This document shows, in pieces, positions 26,687 through 36,378 of a stretch of DNA of 64,000 nucleotides. The notes under the pieces were generated by a model, which ran no database searches, was not told the origin of the DNA, and worked only from the letters and a program-made list of their open reading frames with translations. Numbering within the stretch: position 1 is the stretch's first letter; each line of letters begins with the position of its first letter. The stretch lies in IMG/VR virus record IMGVR_UViG_3300033073_001175, positions 1 through 64,000 of that record; one strand, given 5' to 3'. The position numbers and the translations under genes were made by a program. The DNA is from a virus. Lineage: Duplodnaviria; Heunggongvirae; Uroviricota; Caudoviricetes.

Positions 26687-27040
26687 TTAGTAGTTGTATC
26701 TATTTCTAAGTAAACTATCAATTTCTTTTGCGGTAGATTTACTAAGTTTATTTTCTTTTATCTCATAAAAATTATTCACAATATTCTTTTCAATTTTAAG
26801 TTTTGATAAGGTTGAATCAATTTTCTGTATCTTTTGATTATATAATATAATAGACTCATCAATTTTTTTTCTTTGTTCGTTAATCGTATTGATATGTTCG
26901 TCTAATTTCTCTAATTTATACTTTACTAATTCTGAATTATCAGGTACTGGTGTGAATGTTCTTATAAGAAGAAATATCAATAATACCCCTAATAAAGTTA
27001 ATATGATGTTTTGATAATTTTTACTGATAAAATTTCCCAT
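26687..27040 (-). CDS. N-terminal TM + coiled-coil protein (i-spanin-like)
   Basis: MGNFISKNYQNIILTLLGVLLIFLLI, then heptad-rich region; adjacent to the lysis genes. Confidence 0.35.
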   Translation of the reverse strand: MGNFISKNYQNIILTLLGVLLIFLLIRTFTPVPDNSELVKYKLEKLDEHINTINEQRKKIDESIILYNQKIQKIDSTLSKLKIEKNIVNNFYEIKENKLSKSTAKEIDSLLRNRYNY

Positions 27041-27684
27041 TATTGTTTTGTTTTCTTTCTTGATGCTAATATTTTAGCCCATTTAGATTTAAATTTTTCG
27101 TAGTATTTCTGTAATTTAGTAATCATTTCAATAAAATCTTCATCAGTTTTAATCATGTCACCATTAATGTAGATTCCACTGTCTTCACCTATGTTATACA
27201 TAAATTCGATATCATAATCGATAATTTTACCTGACCACTCAACATTATTTTGATAAACATTTAACTTATTAAAATCGACTAAGTCAGAGACCTCAGTAAC
27301 AAACTCATCCATAGTTTCTTGAAAGGCCATTTTTTCGTCTGTTGTCAATTCAAGTTCTGTCTTGTCTTTACCGTGAAGTACTAAAATACCTCCTGATATC
27401 CTATAAGCTTGTTTTTTATCTTCCTTTTTTTCATCAATATTCTCATCAGTATCAACATCGTCAGCAGTTTCGTATTCTTTATTGTCTTTATCAATAGAAT
27501 CTTCGATTGATTGACCTATGTTAATTTTTTGAGTGATGTCATTAGGATTAGGGTCAACATCTTGTTCTAACAACATTCCATATCGTTTTTTAATCTCAAT
27601 GTTTTCCTGTAATGATGTTTTACTAGAAAAAAGATTTCTAGAGGCTTTTAGTAAATTTTTTATTTCATCGTGTGAATTATTCAT
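27040..27684 (-). CDS. Hypothetical acidic protein (214 aa)
   Basis: ORF only. Confidence 0.45.
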   Translation of the reverse strand: MNNSHDEIKNLLKASRNLFSSKTSLQENIEIKKRYGMLLEQDVDPNPNDITQKINIGQSIEDSIDKDNKEYETADDVDTDENIDEKKEDKKQAYRISGGILVLHGKDKTELELTTDEKMAFQETMDEFVTEVSDLVDFNKLNVYQNNVEWSGKIIDYDIEFMYNIGEDSGIYINGDMIKTDEDFIEMITKLQKYYEKFKSKWAKILASRKKTKQ

Positions 27685-28273
27685 TGTCTATTTTTTTTAT
27701 AAATTCTTCAAAACTGAAAGAGGGACTCAAATCAGTAAAAATCGAGTCGTAATTACTTCTAGTTGTTACTCCTTCATATTTTTCAATTCCGTTTATTTTT
27801 GTGTTATGTCCAATTATATTTTTCTTTAACCTAAATTCATTAAATAATTTTTTAGTTAACTCAACTGTAGAATTTATTTGTTCTTCAGTATACGGGTCCC
27901 AAAAAAAATAATCTCTCCACTTTTTTTCAAAAGCTTTACCCTTATAAATATCACCAATCCAGTTAACGTAATAATCTTTTAGTGGTTCTTTTTGTAACCA
28001 ACCTAAATTTTCAAGACAAATAACTATTGAGTTTTTATTTACGGTTTCTTTTGAAAAAATTTCTGAGTATTCGTTATTGTTTAATAACTGAAGTACTTTA
28101 CCATTTTTAGTGATTAAATAGTTTGGTATTTTTTTATATTTCCCGTTATACCGATATTTTAATGATTGTAAATAATTTTGAGCGTTCCTTGACGTGTGTA
28201 TCAAAATTATTTGATACTTTTTTTTGTTCTTACCTAAAGATTTAAAGTTTCCATACTTCTCTACTTCAATCAT
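27677..28273 (-). CDS. Putative N-acetylmuramoyl-L-alanine amidase (T7-lysozyme/PGRP Amidase_2 fold) endolysin
   Basis: IILIHTS (Zn His), YLITKNGKVLQLL, SIVICLENLGW, IIGHNTKIN spacing resembles the Amidase_2 conserved blocks. Confidence 0.5.
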   Translation of the reverse strand: MIEVEKYGNFKSLGKNKKKYQIILIHTSRNAQNYLQSLKYRYNGKYKKIPNYLITKNGKVLQLLNNNEYSEIFSKETVNKNSIVICLENLGWLQKEPLKDYYVNWIGDIYKGKAFEKKWRDYFFWDPYTEEQINSTVELTKKLFNEFRLKKNIIGHNTKINGIEKYEGVTTRSNYDSIFTDLSPSFSFEEFIKKIDNE

Positions 28274-28299
28274 TATATTTTTGTTTGAAGTTTATCTAG

Positions 28300-29082
28300 T
28301 TATACTTTTTTAGTGTATACTAATCTTCTAACTTCGTCTTCTTTTGTTTCTTCCTTTATTGGTTCTTCCTTTGAGGGGAATAAATAACTTTCTACAATAT
28401 CGTCGCTTAAGAATTCTTCATTTCTATATTCTGAATTTGCCAATGCGGTTGGTTCATCTTCAATTTCATCGATAGTTGGTTCAGGGGGTAATTTACCTTC
28501 GTTTTTTAATTCTTTTACTTTGTCCCAAACTTTTTCAGCTTCTTTTTGTAAATCGGTTTCAGAATCATTATTTAACTCTTTAACAACATCTTCAAGTACT
28601 TCTTTAGTTTGGTCTTTTTTTTCATCTTCGTACTTAACAAAGAAGTGTAGTGAAGTTAAAGAGATAATTGGTAATAGACCACCTTCTAAAAATGATAACC
28701 ATCTTTTCATGGTTGGTATGTCTGAAGGGTCTGAACCTACCATTTCCCAAACAGGTCCTGTTAGTTCAACCCATGACTTGAATAAGTCCCCGTTAGGGTC
28801 AATTTCTTTGTATGAAAAAAATATATTCCCAATCATTTGAATAAATGTTACAAGTCCGAACATGAACCAAACTCCTCCTTTAATTTTGTTAGTTGCGGCT
28901 ATAAGAGCCGTCATTGCCCCAACCTCAATTGCTATGGATAAGTAAATTGCCCAACTCAATGGATTTGCAATATTATACCAAGAAACTACGTGTGATATTG
29001 AGATTCCTGCAACCAATAAAATTGGTACTAAGAACATAGACCTGTTAGGGTTATTTTTTATCCATTCCCAAACTTTTTTCAT
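28300..29082 (-). CDS. Multi-pass membrane protein with an acidic C-terminal tail (holin-like candidate)
   Basis: About 4 TM helices in the first 130 aa, then a D/E-rich tail. Confidence 0.4.
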   Translation of the reverse strand: MKKVWEWIKNNPNRSMFLVPILLVAGISISHVVSWYNIANPLSWAIYLSIAIEVGAMTALIAATNKIKGGVWFMFGLVTFIQMIGNIFFSYKEIDPNGDLFKSWVELTGPVWEMVGSDPSDIPTMKRWLSFLEGGLLPIISLTSLHFFVKYEDEKKDQTKEVLEDVVKELNNDSETDLQKEAEKVWDKVKELKNEGKLPPEPTIDEIEDEPTALANSEYRNEEFLSDDIVESYLFPSKEEPIKEETKEDEVRRLVYTKKV

Positions 29083-29408
29083 TTCTGTAATTCTTTAATA
29101 TTTTTTTTAACAATCATGTGTAGTTCCATCAACTGTTCACCTCTATCTTTACTTGAGATGTAATTGTCATATTCGGTATGTACTTTAATCTTCTCAAGTC
29201 TAATGACTTCAGAAATATTACTGATAGTATCTTTTTGTCCGTTTATAACTCTTTTTAAACTGTCAATCATTTCAGTTTGTTTAGTTTCGTTTTTTTCTAA
29301 TTTTCTAACCTCACCTGATTTCGAGCAAGACCTAAAAAAGAAAATGAAAAGTAATGTAGACAGAATGTATATCTTATACTTTTTAATAAATTCAATAATG
29401 TTTTTCAT
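29079..29408 (-). CDS. Small membrane protein (109 aa, N-terminal TM)
   Basis: ILSTLLFIFFF hydrophobic segment; 4-nt overlap with the upstream gene. Confidence 0.4.
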   Translation of the reverse strand: MKNIIEFIKKYKIYILSTLLFIFFFRSCSKSGEVRKLEKNETKQTEMIDSLKRVINGQKDTISNISEVIRLEKIKVHTEYDNYISSKDRGEQLMELHMIVKKNIKELQK

Positions 29409-29428
29409 GGTAATATTTTTTATAAAAT

Positions 29429-29472
29429 TAAAAAACCTTCTATCATAATAAATAGAAGGTTTTTCTTTTTTT
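29429..29472. terminator. Bidirectional terminator hairpin at the 3' end of the sigma-factor gene
   Basis: AAAAACCTTCTAT-cataataa-ATAGAAGGTTTTTCTTTTTTT: 10-bp stem with an A-run 5' and a T-run 3'. Confidence 0.6.
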
Positions 29473-30271
29473 ACATATAGTCGAAGAGTATCGACCCATC
29501 ATTCCTTAATTTTCGGAGGGCCTTCTCTTTAATTTGTCTGACCCTTTCCTTGGTTAATTTGAAGTCTCCTCCAATCTCCTCCAATGTTCTTGGTGAACCA
29601 GTGAATCCAAAATAATCTTCGATTATGACTTTCTCTCTTTCATCAAGATTACTAAGTAGTCCCATTAATTGAACTTTTAACATATCTTTACTATTAAAGA
29701 CTTCGTCAGGCATATCTGCATCATCGTTTTTTATGATGTCTAACAAAGTATCAAACTCGTCATTAATATTCATATCCAAATCAATTGTTGATGGTAAATT
29801 AAGGAATCTATCATCTAAATTACCTCCATTACTTTCAACCTCTTTCTTTGCTCTGTGTAAATCTTGGATTACATTTACAGGTAGTCTGATAGTTCTCGCA
29901 TTATCATTTAATGATTGTAGAATAGATTGTTTAACCCACCAAACCGCATAAGATATAAATCTAAGGTCTTTGTTCCAATCAAAGTTTTTAATTGCCTTCA
30001 TTAACCCAAGATTACCTTCAGCAATTAAATCAGGGAAATCAAGACCTTGATTTTGATATTGTTTTGCAACTGTAATTACAAATCTAAGATTACCCTCAAG
30101 TAATTCTTTATGGACTTTGTCGACTTGACGAGGCGTCAGATTACCTGACTTCATCATCTCAGCTAACTCTCGTTCTCTTTCAGGAGTCATTACCTTAATT
30201 TTTCTAATGTCTTTAAGATAATGTTGTATCTCTTCTTGGTTAATAGGAATACCTGCGTTTTTTTCTTTCAT
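29471..30271 (-). CDS. RNA polymerase sigma-70 family factor (regions 2 and 4)
   Basis: Region 2 NLRFVITVAKQYQNQGLDFPDLIAEGNLGLMKAIKNFD ... FISYAVWWVKQSI; region 4 HTH TLEEIGGDFKLTKERVRQIKEKALRKLR. Confidence 0.85.
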   Translation of the reverse strand: MKEKNAGIPINQEEIQHYLKDIRKIKVMTPERERELAEMMKSGNLTPRQVDKVHKELLEGNLRFVITVAKQYQNQGLDFPDLIAEGNLGLMKAIKNFDWNKDLRFISYAVWWVKQSILQSLNDNARTIRLPVNVIQDLHRAKKEVESNGGNLDDRFLNLPSTIDLDMNINDEFDTLLDIIKNDDADMPDEVFNSKDMLKVQLMGLLSNLDEREKVIIEDYFGFTGSPRTLEEIGGDFKLTKERVRQIKEKALRKLRNDGSILFDYM

Positions 30272-30272
30272 A

Positions 30273-30809
30273 TTATTTTGTATATTTTTTTAACAATTCT
30301 TTTTCAGACAAAGTTAACGATTCGTAACCATAATCAGCTATTTTATCAAATAATTCATCAAAAGTTAATTCTCGTTTTCTTTTTTTAGTTTTAATCATTA
30401 ATTCATCTTCTTCAGATTCTGTTAAAACTGTGTCAGTATTTTCTTCAAGGTCCCCGAAAAACAATTTTTGTGCCTCTAACTGTTCTTCAATGGTATTTGA
30501 CCCTTCTTTAGAAAATTTGTCAGTATTAAATAGGTGTTTTTCTATATTTGGGTCTAACCAATATGACATTTTGTCAGGTTCATGTCTGACAAGGAAATAA
30601 ACTATACCTGATTCTCCCAAGGTTATTGAAAAGTAATCCTGTACTTTTTTATCTTCCTCAAAAGTACTAAACACAAAAACTGACGATTCTGGTCCGTAAT
30701 AATACCTAATATCTGATTTACCTACTATTGATACAATGTCTTCAGCCAAAACCTTCACAAAAGCCCCTTGATTTTTATGTGTTGCGAAAACAAATAAGAT
30801 ATACTCCAT
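30273..30809 (-). CDS. Hypothetical protein (178 aa) whose stop abuts the sigma-factor start
   Basis: Stop at 30273 and sigma start at 30271 are adjacent/overlapping, implying co-transcription. Confidence 0.5.
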   Translation of the reverse strand: MEYILFVFATHKNQGAFVKVLAEDIVSIVGKSDIRYYYGPESSVFVFSTFEEDKKVQDYFSITLGESGIVYFLVRHEPDKMSYWLDPNIEKHLFNTDKFSKEGSNTIEEQLEAQKLFFGDLEENTDTVLTESEEDELMIKTKKRKRELTFDELFDKIADYGYESLTLSEKELLKKYTK

Positions 30810-30863
30810 AAATTTAAAATATTGTCCTACAAAGTTAGTAAAACTTTTTCAATCTACAAAACT

Positions 30864-33236
30864 TTATTGTGAAACAAAACTAATATTATCTTCTTTCTTG
30901 ATTTTAATAACATTATCAGCCCAATTAGTAACCAAAGGATTGTGAGTAATAACAAATATTTTCTCAAAATATTCTTTAATCTTAATGAAGAATTCAGAAA
31001 CCATATCCAAATTATCGTTAGAAATTTTACCGAATACCTCATCAAATACAATAATGTTTGGTTTTGGTAATGAACATATTTTACTTAGAACCGCTCTCAA
31101 GGCTAAAGAAGCTATCGTTCTTTCATACCCTGAACCTGAAGACATCAGTTTTTCGACTTGGGTGTTGTTATCAATCATTAAGAATTCAACTTCATTCTTA
31201 TCATTAATCCTAACCTCTAATCTGAAGTGACAACTATCTTCTAACAATCTTTGTAATTCAGAATTGATTAATGGCATCATAGTTTTCATAATCATTTTAG
31301 AGATTCCATTTTTACCATAAATCTCCAAATAGATTTTATAGATTTTTTCTTTTTCAGCTTCTTCACTAATCTTAACGATAATCTTCAAATTTTGTTCTAT
31401 CTTTTCTTCATAAGACTTAATTTGATATTCATTATTATCAATCTTTCTGACAATATTATTCTTTTCCGCTTCAAGTTCATCCAATCTTAAACCCGCTTTA
31501 ATTAACTGTGTTTCAATCTTCTCGTTAGAAGAGATTTTATCTTGTAGTTCATTATACTTAGTGAGTTTATCCTGAAAACTTTTGATTTTCAAATTAAAAC
31601 TTTCAATACTTAACTCATACTTTTCTTTTATTAATTTGTTTTTTTCATATTCATCGAACTCTTTTTTAAGTTGTACAAATGCCTGTTCTTTGCCTGATAA
31701 AACCTGCATTGTGTCCAAAATTTGGGTTTTTTGCCCGATATATCCATCAAGTTCCGCAATTTTAGATTGTGTAATTGATGCCATCATAAGGTCAATTCCG
31801 CAATGTTCGCATTTGATTCCGCCGTCTACAGAACTCTTTAAATCTTCAATTGTTTTTATTTTATGTTCAATCTCAACTTTCTTTTTGTACTCATCATTAT
31901 AAAGTTCCTTAACTTTATCGTGTTCATCCTCATGATAATATGATGAAGGTTCAACTACTTTAATTTCCGATAACTGTTGCTCAACACCTTTTCTCTGAAC
32001 TGTTAATGATGTTATTTCGGCGTTAACTTTATCAGGTGACAACATACTGATTTCTTTATCAATATCAGTGTGTTTACTCTTTAAAAGACCGTCACGATAT
32101 TCTTGTCCTTTAATTATTCTATCTTGAGCATTAATTAAATCTTTTTGTAGTTGTTCATTTTGACCTTTTAACTCGGTAATTTTTTCGTGATAAGTCTCAT
32201 TGTCAGTTTTTAACTTTTCGCTACTATAGATGTTAGACATCATCGACTTCGAGAACTCACTGTAGATTTCTTTTCCAGCATCTTCTTTCTTTTTAAGAAA
32301 ATCTAATCCCATGAATCTTGATAGTACTTGTCCTCGTGCGGTTGGTTTAGAATCAATTAAATCTTCTAAGTTAGTTGCAGTTGTGAGGATGGTCATTAAA
32401 AAGTCTTCTTTAGACCCAATTGACATTTTTATAAATGCCTCGGTTTCTCTTCTTTGTTCACCTGTAAAGTTTTGTAAACTACCATCCGATAGTTTCTTAA
32501 AGAAATCTAGTTCTGTTTTGACATTCCAATCACCACTTTTAGCTTTCTTTCTTTCAATCTTTCTAATTATAATATAGTCTTCACCATCAATTGTAACCTC
32601 ACCTTTAACAAAAACTTTATTCTTATCCGTAAAACGATTAAATACTTCTTCAGCTTTAGATGTTTTAGTGGTTTCATTGAAAAATAAAAACAACAATAGG
32701 TCCACACTTAGAACTGTTTTACCTCCAAAGTTAGGTGGGTTAGATTCAATTACTGAAATACCATCGCACTTTTCAAAATCAATTTTTTGATTTTCACCAT
32801 AAGAAAGGAAATTTGAAAACTCAATGTTCTTAATAAACCATCGTTTGAATGGGCTAACCTCGCTATCATTTAATAGTAATTTATTATCAACAACCCCATC
32901 AAGATGAATTATATCATCAAACAAATTTTCTTGTGACTTTGACGTAAGATATGATTTAACCAACTCAGACTGGTAATTCTTATCTAATATGTTAAATGAG
33001 ATATCTACAGTATGTGTAACTTCTTCACTTGATTTAGTTTTAGTAATCACATTCACATTTGTTGTGTTGTACTTCTTTTGGAAGTAATGCCTAACACTCT
33101 TAATCTTTTCTTGTGTGAAGTTTTCCGCATAGTCTTCCCACACCACTTGTAAATATGGGTTGTCTAATGTATCAAACTCTAATTCTTTGGTCATTCTTTT
33201 ATAATTAAATTCTACTAAGGGATTAAATAAATCCAT
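30864..33236 (-). CDS. sbcC: SbcC/Rad50-family ATPase
   Basis: P-loop NFGGKT, long coiled coils, central zinc hook CEHCG, signature SGSGYE and Walker B/D-loop IIVFDEVFG at the C-terminus. Confidence 0.8.
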   Translation of the reverse strand: MDLFNPLVEFNYKRMTKELEFDTLDNPYLQVVWEDYAENFTQEKIKSVRHYFQKKYNTTNVNVITKTKSSEEVTHTVDISFNILDKNYQSELVKSYLTSKSQENLFDDIIHLDGVVDNKLLLNDSEVSPFKRWFIKNIEFSNFLSYGENQKIDFEKCDGISVIESNPPNFGGKTVLSVDLLLFLFFNETTKTSKAEEVFNRFTDKNKVFVKGEVTIDGEDYIIIRKIERKKAKSGDWNVKTELDFFKKLSDGSLQNFTGEQRRETEAFIKMSIGSKEDFLMTILTTATNLEDLIDSKPTARGQVLSRFMGLDFLKKKEDAGKEIYSEFSKSMMSNIYSSEKLKTDNETYHEKITELKGQNEQLQKDLINAQDRIIKGQEYRDGLLKSKHTDIDKEISMLSPDKVNAEITSLTVQRKGVEQQLSEIKVVEPSSYYHEDEHDKVKELYNDEYKKKVEIEHKIKTIEDLKSSVDGGIKCEHCGIDLMMASITQSKIAELDGYIGQKTQILDTMQVLSGKEQAFVQLKKEFDEYEKNKLIKEKYELSIESFNLKIKSFQDKLTKYNELQDKISSNEKIETQLIKAGLRLDELEAEKNNIVRKIDNNEYQIKSYEEKIEQNLKIIVKISEEAEKEKIYKIYLEIYGKNGISKMIMKTMMPLINSELQRLLEDSCHFRLEVRINDKNEVEFLMIDNNTQVEKLMSSGSGYERTIASLALRAVLSKICSLPKPNIIVFDEVFGKISNDNLDMVSEFFIKIKEYFEKIFVITHNPLVTNWADNVIKIKKEDNISFVSQ

Positions 33237-33238
33237 TT

Positions 33239-33478
33239 TTATTTTTCTATTTCAGATTCTTGGTCTTCAACAGAGATAGTTACTTCTTGTGTCGGTTCTT
33301 CAACTGTTGGTGATTCGGTTTCTTGATTTTCAGTTAAACCTGAGAATTTGTTTTGGAATTCTTGCAATTTTTGTTCCATTAACTGAACATATTGTTTTTC
33401 CGCCTTTTTTCTTTCAATTTTTAGTCGTTCATTTCTTTTTGCGACTTTCGCTCTGTGAGCCTTTGCTGCTTTACCCAT
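33239..33478 (-). CDS. Small protein with a basic N-terminus and acidic C-terminus (79 aa)
   Basis: MGKAAKAHRAKVAKRNERLKIERKK ... acidic tail. Confidence 0.4.
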   Translation of the reverse strand: MGKAAKAHRAKVAKRNERLKIERKKAEKQYVQLMEQKLQEFQNKFSGLTENQETESPTVEEPTQEVTISVEDQESEIEK

Positions 33479-33995
33479 TTTGTATTGTGTTATTTGTTAA
33501 TTGTTCTAATAATTCTTCGTTAGATAATTTGTCTAAATCAGATTTAATTTTAAGATATTTTTCCTGTTCGAATTTTTTTCTGAATTTTTCAAGATTATCG
33601 TCCATATTATTGATGTGTTGGACGATTTCCATATGTTCTTCATCATTGTCGGTCATATAAATTTTCATAAAGGAATCGTCCATATTAGGTTTTGAATTAT
33701 CTACTTTGGTAATGAAATTTCTAATCCCATCTTGAGCAATTCCTAACCGTTTAATAAACTTCGCTTTTTCTTCAATTCGTTTGTACTGTTGAAACCTTGC
33801 ATGGTCTCCAGTGTTGTTAAAATGAATATCAATATTCGCATTTTCCATAAACTCAAATATGTCTGCTAACATATCTTCGTCTTCAATTATACCCATATTT
33901 TCAAGTAAATCAAAAAAGTTTTTTGACTCCACAACCCATCGTTGTTTGATATTGGATTGTAGACGTTTAATTATAAATTCATTTAATTTTGACAT
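33471..33995 (-). CDS. Hypothetical protein (174 aa)
   Basis: ORF only. Confidence 0.45.
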   Translation of the reverse strand: MSKLNEFIIKRLQSNIKQRWVVESKNFFDLLENMGIIEDEDMLADIFEFMENANIDIHFNNTGDHARFQQYKRIEEKAKFIKRLGIAQDGIRNFITKVDNSKPNMDDSFMKIYMTDNDEEHMEIVQHINNMDDNLEKFRKKFEQEKYLKIKSDLDKLSNEELLEQLTNNTIQNG

Positions 33996-34000
33996 AACAA

Positions 34001-34345
34001 TTATTTTTGAGGTCTATTTTCTTCAAACCATTCTACCATTCCGTTAAACGCCCATACAAACCCTGAGGCTAACATACCATCAAAGAATAGTGAAATAAAA
34101 TCATTATGTCCAAAAAATGTTTGTGATGGTGAATAAAATACTAGTGATAGGAAGAATCCAACCCACGTACTTGTACACATCATACAAGATAAAAGGTCCG
34201 AAATGAATTTAAATACTCCATTAAATGGTTGGTATTCGTTATTACCCATTTTATTAAACCAATTTCTCATTCCTTGAAAAATGGAGCCGTAAACAAGAAT
34301 GTTACTCATTCCATAAGCGATTAAAAGCCATACTAATATTATCAT
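34001..34345 (-). CDS. Multi-pass small membrane protein (114 aa)
   Basis: 3 hydrophobic helices. Confidence 0.4.
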   Translation of the reverse strand: MIILVWLLIAYGMSNILVYGSIFQGMRNWFNKMGNNEYQPFNGVFKFISDLLSCMMCTSTWVGFFLSLVFYSPSQTFFGHNDFISLFFDGMLASGFVWAFNGMVEWFEENRPQK

Positions 34346-34349
34346 AATT

Positions 34350-35162
34350 TTATAAGTTTTGTGTTAGGTTTGAGCCTTTCATAAAGACTGCACCTTGATT
34401 TTTATTTAATTGTTCTAAATTTTTGATAGTCCCCTCAAGTTCCGTAATTTTACTATTTTTATCTATAAGTTCTTTACGTAATTTAGTCAAAGTGTCCTGT
34501 AACATTATTGTTTTTTCATTAGGTTTTTCAACAATAACTTCAACAATTTTCTCAACTTCAACAGTAGGTTTAGCTAAAAGTTCGTCTAAATTATGTCTAA
34601 GTTCGTCTAATTCTTCATCCTTTTTAGACATTTTATTTTGGAAAATATTTTCCATTTCTTCGGTTTTAGTAGAAAATTTTTGTCTTTCTTTCTCTAATTC
34701 CTCGTTTAAATGGAAAATTTTTTCTGTTAACTCATTCTCACTTGTCTTGTCACTAATATATTCTATTTTTGTGACAACTTTTTCAACAGGTACTTCCTTA
34801 ATAACTTCCTGAATAACGACCTTTTCAATAGGTATTTCTTTAATAATTTCAACAGGAACTTCCTTGATGACCTCAACTATTTTCTCAACCTCTTTTATAA
34901 CTTCAACAGGTACTTCCACCCGTATTTCACGGATTACCTCAATTTCTACCTGTTTTTCACCAACAATACCCGTTTTTAAGTCTTTTTCACCTTCATTAAG
35001 TGTTTCTCCCAAGAGTCCGTACTTTTCAATATGAAATCCTTTCTTGAAACATTTATTAATAAAGTCGTCAATGTCTAAGATTTTGTTTAACAAACAATAA
35101 TCATAAACCTCTTTAACATTCTTAATGTTGATATTATACGTTTGCGAGTTTTTCTGTTCCAT
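34350..35162 (-). CDS. Tandem-repeat protein (270 aa) with (V/I)KEVPVE(K/I)V repeats followed by a coiled coil
   Basis: IEVIREIRVEVPVEVIKEVEKIVEVIKEVPVEIIKEIPIEKVVIQEVIKEVPVEKVV; DNA-level 30-nt imperfect repeats (ttcaacaggtacttcc x3). Confidence 0.55.
   Translation of the reverse strand: MEQKNSQTYNINIKNVKEVYDYCLLNKILDIDDFINKCFKKGFHIEKYGLLGETLNEGEKDLKTGIVGEKQVEIEVIREIRVEVPVEVIKEVEKIVEVIKEVPVEIIKEIPIEKVVIQEVIKEVPVEKVVTKIEYISDKTSENELTEKIFHLNEELEKERQKFSTKTEEMENIFQNKMSKKDEELDELRHNLDELLAKPTVEVEKIVEVIVEKPNEKTIMLQDTLTKLRKELIDKNSKITELEGTIKNLEQLNKNQGAVFMKGSNLTQNL
34741..34990. repeat. Imperfect about 30-nt tandem repeats encoding the VEVIKEV peptide repeats
   Basis: ttcaacaggtacttcc / ttcaacaggaacttcc / ttcaacaggtacttcc recur at about 30-60-nt spacing. 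Confidence 0.5.
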
Positions 35163-35913
35163 CTATAATATCATCAAATGATTTTAGTTTAAAAGATAGG
35201 AATGGTTTTGGGTTTTTCAAATCAACAAATTCGTATTTGTCATTTTCAACATCATAAATTCCGTACCCATGTTTGTTAATGGTTTCCCCAAAGTTTTGTT
35301 GGATGGTTGACCCCACCATATACGCTTTCTTACCTCCAGGTATGTTAAACACTTGTCTTTTATGGATATCACCACATAATACTAAATCACAACCATCAAA
35401 CTTATCAGATTCAAATCCTGTTTCAAATTTATACCCGATATCAGTTGTTAAACCTTGTACGGGTCCGTGGAATAAACCAATCTTAACTCGGTCTGATTTT
35501 TCAATATCAGGTGGAATGTTGTGGTCCATTAATGAGTAAACAACCCAATCAATATTTTGGTCATCGTAGACCCCTCGATTTTTCAAGTAAACAATGTTTT
35601 CATCTTGTAAAGAATCAATGATTGGGGTTAGAGCATCTAACCTTGACATGTTATTTTCAAGAAAGTCGTGGTTACCAATAATAAGAACAGTCTTGGCAAT
35701 TTTAGAACATTCCGTTAATGTCCAAGCAACAAACTCAATAAGTTCAGGAGTCATTTGATTTTTAGAATGTACCAAGTCGCCAGTGAAAACAATTCTATCA
35801 GGTGCAATATCTTTCCATTGGTTAAACATATCAATTAAAATACTGCGATAGAGTTCATGGTCTTTAAATAACCTGATATGTAAATCCGAGAAATGAACTA
35901 ATTTTTTTATCAT
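35134..35913 (-). CDS. sbcD: SbcD/Mre11-family nuclease (calcineurin-like metallophosphoesterase)
   Basis: LVHFSDLHI (motif I), TGDLVHSKN (II), IGNHDF (III), LFHGPV and CGDIHK downstream. Confidence 0.85.
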   Translation of the reverse strand: MIKKLVHFSDLHIRLFKDHELYRSILIDMFNQWKDIAPDRIVFTGDLVHSKNQMTPELIEFVAWTLTECSKIAKTVLIIGNHDFLENNMSRLDALTPIIDSLQDENIVYLKNRGVYDDQNIDWVVYSLMDHNIPPDIEKSDRVKIGLFHGPVQGLTTDIGYKFETGFESDKFDGCDLVLCGDIHKRQVFNIPGGKKAYMVGSTIQQNFGETINKHGYGIYDVENDKYEFVDLKNPKPFLSFKLKSFDDIIDGTEKLANV

Positions 35914-36203
35914 TACATTACAATTTTTGGTGGTTTACCTAATTCATCTGTTTCATCAGGTTTAATGGTTATTGGTAATGAAGACATAGGTCTATTAGAC
36001 AAATGTTTCCATTTATCGATATTGAATTCAGGTTCTTCTTTAACTTGTTTCATTTTTTCTTGGATGGTTTCAATATCAATCTGCTGGATAACTGTCCAAC
36101 GTCTATTGGTCATGAACCCATCTAACCATATGTAGAATTCTTTATGTGTCATTTTATTTATCAAAAAGTTCAAAATCTTTATTAACGTGACCACATCCAT
36201 CAC
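35913..36203 (-). CDS. Hypothetical protein (96 aa)
   Basis: ORF only. Confidence 0.4.
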   Translation of the reverse strand: MMDVVTLIKILNFLINKMTHKEFYIWLDGFMTNRRWTVIQQIDIETIQEKMKQVKEEPEFNIDKWKHLSNRPMSSLPITIKPDETDELGKPPKIVM

Positions 36204-36378
36204 ACATATACGTTGGGAATGGTACTAGTGTATCTTCAGGGCTCCCTGTTAATAACTTAGGTACTTTTTTAATCAGTACAACTTCTTTAAAGAATTTACC
36301 TTCACATTTTTCGCAAACAATCGTTTCTTGTTGTTTTAAGTCAATTTTTGGTCTAATAATATTATCTTCCATATTCAT
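36154..36378 (-). CDS. Small zinc-ribbon protein (74 aa)
   Basis: CEKCEG ... CDGCGH four-Cys pattern. Confidence 0.4.
   Translation of the reverse strand: MNMEDNIIRPKIDLKQQETIVCEKCEGKFFKEVVLIKKVPKLLTGSPEDTLVPFPTYMCDGCGHVNKDFELFDK

Noticed and set aside
30854-31051. 65-aa minus-strand ORF
   Set aside because: It is in an alternative frame overlapping the sbcC 3' end.
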